Source of the DNA: Perkinsela sp. CCAP 1560/9
Lineage: Eukaryota; Protista; Euglenozoa: Kinetoplastea
Assembly: GCA_965644495.1 (NCBI GenBank)
Contig: CBFFSA010000001.1
Location: 4,071,368 to 4,135,367 of the forward strand
Direction: 5' to 3'
DNA length: 64,000 bases
The notes under the pieces are model-generated. The model was not told the origin of the DNA and made no database searches. It saw only the letters and a program-made list of their open reading frames with translations. The position numbers were made by a program, and so were the translations under genes. Positions 38,597 through 48,883 of the stretch are shown here, one piece after another. The first letter of the stretch is position 1. Every line of letters begins with the position of its first letter.

Positions 38597-39590
38597 CAGG
38601 CATTGTCAGCGTAAAGAAGTAAAGAGTTGAACTAGCTCAAGAAGAGCCCGATCATGATTCAGATTTTGAGTCCGGGACAAATCGAAGACGTCGTCGCGGA
38701 CGTCGTGCTAATGGGAGATACGCCTTTGAGGGCATTGAAGGCCTCCCGGAATTTGAGCCTGGAGATATTGTTGAACAACAGTTGCGCCCTTTGCACACTG
38801 CGCCAGCTATACCAGGTTTTCCCATATTGAGTTCTTCAAAAGAACCTGGGGCACGAGCTCGAAGCCAGCTTCGAGTAGCGAAACACATGGTGGTATTGTT
38901 TTCCCCATGGAAGGAAGGCTCACCGAGCCATGAAATGACCCTAGAAGAGTTTGAAAATGCTTCGAAGATTACTGAGAACGCGGGAAATTTGTTTCGACGC
39001 AAAGATGCTTGCACTCTGGAAAAAACAAGATTAGCACGCAACATTGCGTACGAAAATGAACTTGAAGTGCGAGAGGTTGAACCCCATCTTCAATATGCTC
39101 TTGAAGCACAGCAGAACACTGCAGTGGTCAATGAAGAGCGATTGGTTCAGCAGAATGCATACTGCGAACTACAAACGCGAGCTCTAACGGCCGCGTTAGG
39201 AGGATCTACTGAGAACTCCTCTGAAGGAAATGTTGATCTTTCATCGGCAATGACAAGGACGAGGTCCAATATTTCAGTCATAAATGCGGGAGAGCGCTAT
39301 GCTGAAATGATTCAAAACGAACGACTTGCAACTTCGGCTCAATCTGAGCCAAGTGCACCAGTGGACAGAGCTCATTTTAATGAGGATCGTCCACTGGCTC
39401 GCAGTAATCAATACGAAGAGATTACGTTCGATCGCAGCTACGTATTGCGCGAAGACAACAGTTCCATTGAACTGAATCAAGCACAGAAACAGTTCGTAAA
39501 TCAAATTGAAGATTTAACGGAAAACTAGACCCGGAGCGGAAATGTATGTTTCCGCTCGGTGGCCCCGGAACCGGGAAAAGTCTAGTTTTG
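38597..39590 (+). pseudogene. Helitron fragment from the Rep-helicase linker to the PIF1-like Walker A, truncated at a (GAA)n tract
   Basis: RGRRANGRYAF...LRPLHTAPAIPG...KHMVVLFSPW...LNQAQKQFV, then after a frameshift MFPLGGPGTGKSLVL (from 39546). Confidence 0.78.
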
Positions 39591-39825
39591 AAGAAGAAGA
39601 AGAAGAAGAAGGAAGAAGGAAGACTGCCTGGGTGTTCCGAAACACCTCTTGAAAAAGAGGCTATGGCCAAGCATGTAACACAACATTGCCAAGGAATGCA
39701 TTGAATTATACATAGAACATTTCGTGCACGTAATTTCTATTGGCAATGTCGCCTTCAATTTGAAGGTTTCTCCATGCGTCAAAATTTTCTTTTTCACGCT
39801 TGTATTTCACGCAGTTGTCGTGATA

Positions 39826-40208
39826 TCCAAATCCAATCCAAATCACTCCGGATTGCTCCGGATGGTCACTGGCAAGCCAGACCCTTCACAGACAGATTTG
39901 GAAGCTCCAAGGCCGACGTCCTCTACCAGTTTCTGCTTTTCCAAGGCGGAGCCAACGTGCTATTGCCAACACGCTGCGTCCACGAATTGTACGTCAACAC
40001 GGCTTACCCAAGAGGTGTAAGCCGGGTAAGGGAGCTGGTTCCCTGAGGGGAGGGTCCGGGACTGTCCTCCGAGTACTGGGCCTAGTCAGTTCTCAGCCCA
40101 GCCTCTTAGAGTGAGGCCGCCAGGAATATTGCGATGAGCGGGTTTGAACTCGCCGTCTGAGCACCATGTGCTTGAAACTTTGAATTCTTGCCACTCCGCC
40201 ACTTCCGC
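39826..40208 (-). mobile_element. Diverged copy of the tRNA-headed SINE-like element
   Basis: Minus strand reads GCGGAAGTGGCGGAGTGG...GAGTTCAAACCCGC... and ends GATTTGGATTGGATTTGGA. Flanks differ from the 35195 copy. Confidence 0.65.
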
Positions 40209-40231
40209 CCATAGCTCGCCTGGAGCATAAC

Positions 40232-40597
40232 ATGAGAACACTGGCCTTGCAGATCCGGACTTTAAAAAAGAAAGCCTCCTCACCGCTGAGGCCTTCCAAC
40301 GCAAAGCCTTGTGCTCTCTGCAATAAACATTTTTCTCCTTTCAAATTGAAACACACCAAGTGTTCTTCATGCCACTTTGGGTCCGGTAAACCGGCCACGC
40401 CTCTCTCTTACAAGGCGCGAAGAACGGCCTCCCCGGCTAAAATAACCATGTTTCCTGAAGGAAAACCATTCGTACATAAGCCGGACAACCACCGCACATT
40501 ACAGAACTCCCAGCCCATATTCTCGGGGCCCTTTACGCTACCTGGAAGATATATTGTAACGTGGAGATATAATGAGTCTCGTGATACAATACGTTAA
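40232..40597 (+). other. Short ORF or fragment with a putative C4 zinc finger
   Basis: CALCNKHFSPFKLKHTKCSSC (CxxC-x13-CxxC) in a basic context; no other support. Confidence 0.3.
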
Positions 40598-40625
40598 CAC
40601 AAGTATTGTATCATGAGACTCATTA
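40570..40625. other. Hairpin with a 23-bp stem at the start of a palindrome-rich AT segment
   Basis: TAATGAGTCTCGTGATACAATAC, 10-nt loop, GTATTGTATCATGAGACTCATTA (one G-T pair). Confidence 0.85.
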
Positions 40626-40810
40626 ACTATAGTTTACACGTAACAAACAACTGTTACAGTATTGTAAGTGTAGACAACTGTTACACAGTATTGTGTAACA
40701 TACTTGTGACAACAACGTTAACGTTCTACGTACGTTAACATTCGTTAACGCGTTCTTATATATTAACGTGTTACTTAACATTGTTAAATTGATAAAGAAC
40801 CCGATCTACC

Positions 40811-40832
40811 TTTGGTTCTTTTTCCTACGCAG
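40811..40832 (+). promoter_or_regulatory. Putative splice acceptor (polypyrimidine tract plus CAG) 11 nt upstream of ATG 40844
   Basis: TTTGGTTCTTTTTCCTACGCAG|ACTTCGTTAAAATG. Confidence 0.45.
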
Positions 40833-40843
40833 ACTTCGTTAAA

Positions 40844-42558
40844 ATGCAAGCTCGTCAAAAACCGGAAGCCGTCGGAGCAGCCAAGCGGGTTACACCCTCT
40901 AAGTCCAAGGACTTACGCACCCTTACCCTGGACATGCGCGTCCAAGAAATTGAAAACAGATTCCAGAAAAAGCACTTAAGTACTCAGGAAAGGGAACTTC
41001 CAAAAATATTCCCGACTCATCAGAGTATTATAGAACAGCACACTCTCGAAATGCAGGCAATTACATCTCATATGAGCCTCCAACTTTGCATGCTACAAAG
41101 CCTATACGATAAAGCAACGCAGCAAGAAAACATTGGACGAATCAAAGAGCGGGAAGGCCACGTATGTTCTAAATGCGGTAAGGTCTTTCTGGACGGAGCT
41201 TCACTTCGAACACACCTTGAAGTTCACGAAGCTCACATAAAGAAAATTATGATCTGGAGAGAGCACAACCTCCAGCGAATTGAGCAACGCAAGAGACGCC
41301 ACCTACAGGATGACTTTGAGGGGGGATTTCTCTCGCTTCTCGAGGAATTTTACGAGACATTTCCTAATCCCACGGAGCATTTAGTCAAGAAGAAGAGACG
41401 CCCAGTCCTTCGCACTGAAGTTCCATCTTCCCTACATCACGTCCCGACGAAAAAATGGGCTGATATTGAATGCCAAGAAGAGCTTGATGTAGATGACGCC
41501 GAGGTAGAAGCCGAGGTAGATGACGCCGAGGTAGAGGGCGCCGAGGAGGCGACTTCCAACCAAGAAGGTGTCATCGTCCCCCTATCGTTAGGGCCCCGGG
41601 AAAGCGGCCACATCCGTGTCCTTGGTCTCACAGCAAATACGACCCTAGAGACACTTAGGGGTGAAGTGGGACGAGCACTGGGCCTTCGCAGGCACATGTT
41701 CGTACTTATAGATACGAGTAAACGTACTCAACCTCCTCTCGATCGGAAAATGTCGGAATTCTCCCCTCCGGGGTCGACCGGGGCGACCGTACGCATTCCG
41801 GCGGGAGACCCAGAAAGCAAAGGGGTTCCCATACAAATCTTTGGAGCGCACTCCTCACGCATTCCAATACTACTCCCACCAAACGTGGAACCGCAGTACC
41901 TACCTACCTTCTTATGTGAAGAGCATTGATATGGAAATGTCTATTGCGTGGAGTGCGCAACACACCCAAGAATTGGGCACAATGTGGTGCTACTTACCCA
42001 CACAAGTGCTCATAGCGAACTCTGGGTGGTCAAAAGCACAAGTGCAGACCCAGTTGATTCGAAGTGGCATTGAAAGCAACCCTGGACCCCGAATAAAGCG
42101 AGGCCGTCCACCTGGTAAAAAGATCTCACAATCGGGAACATTAGATTTTTCCGGTCGGAACGGTCTCGGATGGAGTGACACGTCCGAGGAGCGATCGGAC
42201 TCCCCCCGACACGGAGATCTCCCTTGCGGATGCGGAACAAGGACGCGAAACAATTCTAGAAAAGAGGGCAAGGGGGATACTACAAACGAATAGGAACTCC
42301 GTAAACCCACCGAAGAAAGGAGAGGACGATATAGTAACCGACGACTTTCCAAGTCGACACCTCCTCGACATTGGAAGCCTCCGGAAAAAATACAACACTA
42401 TTATTCGGAGACCCAGTTTTCGAAAACTATATCACCAGCAACTGCCATGCTGGAAAGAACTCTGCAGTGGCATATGTCGCAACTTCCTTGAGCAGAACGA
42501 GGGTATCAAGCAAAAAATATCATGGAATCTTATGTGCGCTGTAACCAAATTTACATAA
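40844..42558 (+). pseudogene. Probable 5' coding region of a non-LTR (CRE-like) retrotransposon: C2H2 zinc finger, acidic tract, 2A-like motif and AT-hook; broken across three frames
   Basis: HVCSKCGKVFLDGASLRTHLEVH; WSKAQVQTQLIRSGIESNPGPRIKRGRPP; RKLYHQQLPCWKELC. The family assignment is an inference. Confidence 0.55.
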
Positions 42559-42583
42559 TATATTATGTTATTTAACATTATTA

Positions 42584-42909
42584 TCTTTTTTAGGCTCTTC
42601 GTTAAACGCGGTGGTTGTTTTCAACTGAGAAGTCACTCATGCTGCGCGCTTCGCGTTGAAAACTACCACTGCGTTTAACGAAGAGCCTAAAAAAGAAAAT
42701 TTAGCCTGGAAAACGGAAAGATTATAGCCAAAAATAGCCGAATTTCGGGTAAAAATGGAGTGATTTTCGCGTATTTTTGCTGTCAGAGCACTAAATCCGA
42801 CATTTGTGCGTGGGAAATCACTCGTAGGCATGAATGAAAGCCTGTCGAACGTATTGGGTAGAGAATGCGACTCCAACCATACCATTCTTTCGTCACAAAA
42901 ATGCCCCTT
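42584..42909. repeat. Linker copy E with a foldback at its terminus
   Basis: 42584-42656 is the reverse complement of ~32103-32175, and 42655-42909 is a forward copy of ~32134-32388. Together they give 42-bp arms around a 29-nt spacer. Confidence 0.9.
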
Positions 42910-45885
42910 AAGTAAGCTCCTTACTGTAAAGCTCCCCAGTAAAGCTCCTTACTGATCCTTTGCGCCCACTCGGGCAGATCAGCGAGCATCGTCGTACCCA
43001 AAGACTTCGCGAGATCACCGTGCTCCTTCACAATGTGAATTAATTCGGAGACGTAATGTGGACTCAGATTCTTCCATAGTACACTATGAAAGTGTAGCGC
43101 ATCTCTTTTTTGGCATTCTACAACACCAAAAAATGCTCGATGGCGACCAAAGAGGCCTTCAAGAACGTCACATTCTTTCTTTACCTCATCTACGTTCGAC
43201 ATTCCGTACAATTCGGTAAGAAGAGTACGGATTTTCCGTTCGAAAATGCTAGTGGATCTGACAGGATTCCCTTGCACAAGCTCAGATCGCTTGAGAAGGT
43301 TGGCCCGCATTTCCTGCATTTTTTCGCTCTCATCATTTGTGATGATTCTTAGAGCTAGAACGTTATCGTTCATGTTTGGACTCACTGTGATCCAGTAAGT
43401 TGGCAGTCCGTATCGCCTGCATAAGGCGTAGATCTGACCTTGTGATGCCTTTCGCTTTGCTGGCGAAAAGGGTATCGTTTTTGCGCATACTTGCACAAAT
43501 GGCAGAAACTTTGTTTCCAGAAGTTTCGCCTCGGAACTGTTTGTGTTCCTTATAGCCTGTTGTACAATGTGATAGAAAGCATCAGCATTGCAAAAATTCA
43601 CGAACGTCTGTGCATATCCTTGTTATACTTCAGATTTTGCACTACTGCTGATGAGGCTTCACGGCGCCGAAGCACATCGTAGCAGTAAAATATGAATCCA
43701 GCATTATTTGCAAATCGGGAATCCGATTGCTCTAAAATTGCCTTGATTTCATATAGTTCAAACGTTGAACCCTTGAAAGGGTACTCAACTCATCAGCGTC
43801 GGAAATGCTCCGAGCAAGATGTTTTCCATGTCGGTATTTACTCCTTGAGTAAACCTTCTTTTTGTTTCAGTTGCATCGCCACGGCACGCGTAATTTGCGC
43901 ACCCGCCGGCGCATTGCTTACAGGGCTGTGGTCAGTTACAAATGATCGTGTGATCTCACCGCGAAGATCGCGATGTAACGTATAGGAAGCCACTGCCTGG
44001 GTGGCCATGCTGTTGATGGCGTTTTCACCTTCCTGGGAAACAGATCTATCCCAAAGATGTGAGACAACGTCTCTACAATGTTTTTCGGTAACAACGTTGA
44101 TCTTTCCTTCCTCTTTCAGTTGAGCATACACGTGGTTATGCTCACAGAGGAAGTTTACCCAGGTGTTCGGAGTCTCTGATTTCACCCCGAATATGCCACT
44201 CAGCTGTGCAGAACATAGTCTTTGACTACGCTTTATTCGCCTTTCGTTGGCTATCCAAACAATTTGGATGCTCTTAATCGCGACCTCGAGATCAGGAACT
44301 CTTTCGAGTTGCAAGAGCTCAAGGGTTTCGCGTTCTGTAGCCGTCGCATGTCCAGTGAACTTCGTGTCTGGCCTTAAGGATGCGGCATATGCGCCACCTT
44401 TCCTATGTACACTGATGATTGTGCAGTGTAAAAACACCTTTTGAAGAAGAATCTCTTCTACCAGCGTGGGTGCTGGAAGGCGATTTGTAGAAGGTTGTTC
44501 TACTGGACCTCGGGGAATTCTCCCTTTTTTGTCCATTATTCTTTGATCCTTTGCACAAAGTTGCGCTTCGAGATTCGGAAGGTCACTTTCGAGAAGAATA
44601 ACTTTACAAGAATCACAACTTGTATCACAACTTGCGATACGTTGATCGTCGTTCATTCTCTTTTTGTACCTTTTCATGCACTCTTCTTGAGCTTCCGTAC
44701 TGACTGAAAAATCTTCCAAAGGAAGACGATCAATGTAGGAACTCTCATAGAAGTATTTGAGTGCGTCTTTTGGATTGCGCTCAATGTCAAAACGTGTTCG
44801 ACGTGAGCCATCTCCATTGACTTCGTATGTGTCAAAATTGACAATACGTTTCGCGATGCAACATCATTCAAGCCAGTACCGAAGTTCATTGGCTGAAGAT
44901 TCTTTGCATATTTCGTTTGTGTGAAAGATGGTATTTTCACACATCTGCATGGTAGCATATGCTGCACTGTCAATAGTGCTAGCATTCGTCACATTCGTGA
45001 CAGTTGCAGGAGAGAAAAACGCACCTTTAGGACCACTCGAGCGCCCCCTCTTTTTTTTGCAAAGCGATTTGCAAACCCCAATTTTCCAGAGGGAACATGT
45101 TTTGACTATGTAACCCAGGTCGAAGGGGACGAGGGAGATACCAATAGTGTAGGTGCGACAGTTTCCCACAGGAAATACGGTATCTCCCTTATGGCATGAA
45201 GACAGGCTCCGAAAAAGGTGGAGATGCCGTTTTTCCCGAGGGAAACTGCCGCACTTTCACTATTGGTATCTCCCTCATCCCCTTCAACCTGGGTCACGTT
45301 CTGCCCGTTTCGGCCAATCACGGTCTTGCGTGATAGTGTAGGCTATAGCTCCAAGAGAGAGCTCACCTTCATCGTTTCCTACTAAATGAACTGGCGTAGT
45401 AGCCATGCTTCCAATATTGTAGACTGTTCGAATTGCCGCTATCTGTGTTTCCATAGAAGATGTGCAATTGTATGTGAACACTCGTCGTTTAGTCAGACAT
45501 ACCATGGCGAGAGTATCGCCATTGCCTTTGACGTAAACGACGTTATGTCCATCATGATATCTCTGAATAGAGCATCTTTTATCTCCATCGTTTTGGAGGA
45601 TTTTATCACAAACAATGTGTGAATTGATGAGAATATTCTCAATCAGTTGAAAAGATGTGAGTGTTAGCGTGGAGCATTGCTTCACACGTTCCATCTCATC
45701 ATCCTGTGATATTGCATGAACTCTGTTACGCTCAGCTTGTGTGATTCGAAGTCGAAAAGCCCGAGCTTTAGCATGCCGCGGATGACGGTAAAAATGCTTT
45801 TGAGGCCCCTTAAACGTGAACATTTGTTCGATAGCGCACAAAGTGCACTTGAACTTGTTCGGTTGTGTGATTCGTACTCGAGAGG
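42910..45885 (-). pseudogene. Helitron Rep gene, N-terminal ~3 kb (C2H2 finger, Helitron_like_N-type region, HUH motif); frameshifted, with a foldback insertion
   Basis: FKCTLC...HFYRH; LEQSDSRFANNAGFIFYCYDVLRRR; YGLPTYWITVSPN (Rep motif 1); GLFGRHRAFFGVVECQKRDALHFHSVLW (HUH motif 2). Confidence 0.88.
45108..45299. mobile_element. ~190-bp foldback (MITE-like) insertion in the Helitron ORF; copy at 50247-50438
   Basis: Imperfect arms of ~80 bp (ACCCAGGTCGAAGGGGACGAGGGAGATACCAATAGTG... and ...CACTATTGGTATCTCCCTCATCCCCTTCAACCTGGGT) around a ~32-nt spacer. Confidence 0.8.
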
Positions 45886-46133
45886 TGATCTCGAGTACGT
45901 CTTATGGGAGGTTTCCCTTGCGACTCCTCGAAGAAGGATCATTCTTTGCAATGGGAATGATCCCCGCGTCCATGTTCGAAAACATGTTTACGCATGTACT
46001 CATACTTGAAAGTATGATTCTCAGGGTTTTGATCTCCCTGTGTTGTATCACATTTCGTGCATTGAAAGCCTGCTGACATGGTGCCTTTCACCTCAAGGTC
46101 TAACCACATGTCATAAATCGCCTTCTCGGTAAG
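45886..46133. other. 248-bp hairpin-rich segment between perfect 19-bp direct repeats; copy at 51025-51272
   Basis: GTGATTCGTACTCGAGAGG at 45867-45885 and 46134-46152. Confidence 0.7.
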
Positions 46134-46446
46134 GTGATTCGTACTCGAGAGGAACAGAGTAAAAGTATAGCAACTTTTAAGAGCCTGGTTAAGGAGCATA
46201 GAGCAGAAGTCGAGACGGAAATCACCAATGAATGTGTAGAGCTCGAAAAAAGTATTAAGAAAAACCACTCGAACCCATGGAGAACACTACGGCAAGTGTG
46301 CGGAACTTACCGCGTGTCCTTCACTATGCCCGGTAATGCAAAGAAAAATAAGCCCCAAGAGGTACGTAAGCACTTTATGAATTTCACAGGGTACGATCGG
46401 GGAGACCCCAACATTTCTTTTAGTGAAGTACATCTTCCCTTTATAC
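46134..46446 (+). pseudogene. Possible LINE ORF2 fragment (region between endonuclease and RT); copy at 51273-51585
   Basis: ELEKSIKKNHSNPWRTLRQV...EVRKHFMNF loosely resembles the helical pre-RT W...HF segment. Confidence 0.3.
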
Positions 46447-47010
46447 CAATGCACGTAAAATATGATAAGGCAACATTTAGAACACATAAAAAAATTAACA
46501 AAAAAAATATATTTTTTAAGTAAAATAATGCTTCACTTTCGCCGAAACCTCGTACTACGCCGGTTGAAACTTTCAACACCCCCCTTCTCCAAACTTGCAT
46601 ACGGTTTATAAAAATTCGAAGAGCAATTAAGCGACTGATTTACTTTCTCGTGTTTTGAAAACTCGGTTCCGTTATCATATGTGATGGAGTGAACCAAGAA
46701 ACCTTGAAGAGCACTTGTTATGTTTTCAGCGAACAGTGCCGATTTCTTGCATTTAAGCTTCTTTATTATCCCTCTTCGCCCAACCAAGGTGAGGAAGAAT
46801 CCGCTGTGTCTTGTGCCTTCTATAAGGTCACATTCCAAATCGCCGTATCGCTCCCGATTGTTAACAATATTCGGTCGCTCCTCAATGTCGGTGTGGTTCG
46901 GAATACCGGTACGGTTGGTTCCCCGACGGCGACGTTGACCACGTCTTCCTCCACGGTGCAGGCAACTCTCCAAGTTCCCATGTTGACCATCATCCCGCTT
47001 GATAAACCCG
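46447..47010 (-). pseudogene. Truncated inverted copy of the IS30 fragment plus the left end of the MITE; second copy at 51586-52149
   Basis: ORFs 46533..46973 and 51672..52112 are near-identical to 36559..36999 (ITYDNG here vs IAYDSG). Confidence 0.85.
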
Positions 47011-48883
47011 TATTGCGGTGGTTGTAAAACTACCGCTCTACCCTCGATTATTGCGGTGGTTGTAAAACTACCGCTTTACCCTCGATTATTGCGGTGGTTG
47101 TAAAACCACCGCGCTACCCTCGATTATTGAAAAAAAAGTGAACAAAAATAGTGAAACTATAAAGAGGAACACAGTAATATAATAGAAGAAAAAAATATAA
47201 AAGCGGGCTCCGGTGGTCCAAAACTGAAAAAAAAAATTGAAAAAAATGGGGGGTCCATGGGGGGGGGTCCAGGGGGGGGGGTCCAGGGGGGGTCCAGGGG
47301 GGGCTCCATGGGGGGGGGCCAGGGGGGGGGTCATGGTCGAGCAAAATTTTTCGAAAAATTTAGTTTTCGAAAAAAAACCGCAGAAAGGGTAGCCGGGGTC
47401 TTGGCGCGCATTTTCCACCCCCCTACCCGGGGGTGACCCCTCCGCTGACAATGCCTGCATAGGAGAAGAACTGCACAATCATGTTCGGTGATCATTAGAG
47501 GGGCCTCTACGATACCGTTGTCGAACTCAGAGTCTTGTGACGAATCATCGTCACTGATTTCTAGTTCTGTGTGATCTGACTCACTTGAGATGTTTTCCTG
47601 GAACTCCATTACACGGTTCATATTGATCCATGTGAAGCTATGGCTCATGTACTCGGAGGGTTGGCCGAGACAAAAGGCAGTTGCCATTTCGATTCAAATT
47701 GTTTAAGGATTTTGTGCGTGTGAGACATCGAAATATTAATTCGAAATTTCCTGTTACTGTAGAACTCTTTTCCTACAATTTCTTCTATGTCTTCTGAGTC
47801 ATCGTGGTCCGCATCGCAGGGGTCGTCCGCTGTATCGCTTTCCGGGGCCGGGGGTGGAGGAAGCCAATTGAGCTCTAATACAGCTCTGGGCAAGGCGTAT
47901 CACTACAGTGAATGCTGCAAAATCCAAGAATCCAAATCATTCCGGATTGCTCCGGATGCTCACTGGCAAGCCAAACCCTTCACATACAGATTTGGAAGCT
48001 CCGAGGCCGACGTCCTCTACCAGTTTCCGCTTTTGCAAGGCGGCAACAACGTGCTGTTGCCAACACGCTGCGTCGACAAACTGTACGTCAACACGGCTTA
48101 CCCAAGAGGTGTAGGCCGGGTTAGGGAGCTGGTTCCCTGAGGGGAGGGTCCAGGACGGCCCTCCGAGTACTGGGCCTAGTCGGTTATCAGCCCAGCCTCT
48201 TAGAGTGAGGCCGCCAGGAATATTGCGATGAGCGGGTTTGAACTCGCCGTCTGAGCACCATGTGCTTGAAACTTTGAGTTCTTTCCACTCCGCCACCTCC
48301 ACCCACTTCGCCACCTCCACCCACTCCGCCACCTCCACCCTTTAAGCCCCAGCTGCAAGGGGGCTCCGGTGGTCCAAAACTGAAAAAAAAAATCAAAAAA
48401 ATGGAGGGTCTAGGGGGGGTCCATGGAGGGGTCTAAGAGGGGGCCCAGGGGGCGCATACCGATTTCGAAAAAAATCCTCAGAAGCGGTAGCCGGGGTCTT
48501 GGCGCGCATTTTCCACCCCCCTACCTGGGGGTGACCCCCCCGCGTATCCGCAGGACGTGTCCGACAAATTTGGATTTTTTCGGAAAAAAAGAATTTTGAA
48601 AAAAAATTCAACATGGCGAAAAAAATGAAAAAAACAATATTTTTCCAAAATATTTTCGCCTTTTGTATTTTGATAGTTTGGGACATATACTAGCTTTAAC
48701 CGCAGTTGTTTTCGCAAGAGATCCCATCTTCGAGCCGTGGTATGCCCGCGAAAATGACCCATTTTTGACCAAAAAAAGGTGAAAGGTAATTTTCGGACCC
48801 AAAGAGGCCTTTTTGTGTCTAAACGATGGCGTGGTTGCAGTCGCATTCTCTGCGCAATACGTTTGGTAGGCTTGAATTCATAT

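Noticed and set aside
40015-40075. RNase P/MRP-like words (GAGGACAGTCCCGG and ACCCGGCTTAC, minus strand)
   Set aside because: The motifs are far too close together, other conserved regions are absent, and the first is altered in the other copies.
46046-46467. Short CGTGCATTG/CATTTCGTGCA similarities among 37066-37090, 39717-39733, 46046-46068 and 46447
   Set aside because: Too short and imperfect to define an element or inversion without statistics, although they may have provided microhomology for the arm boundary.
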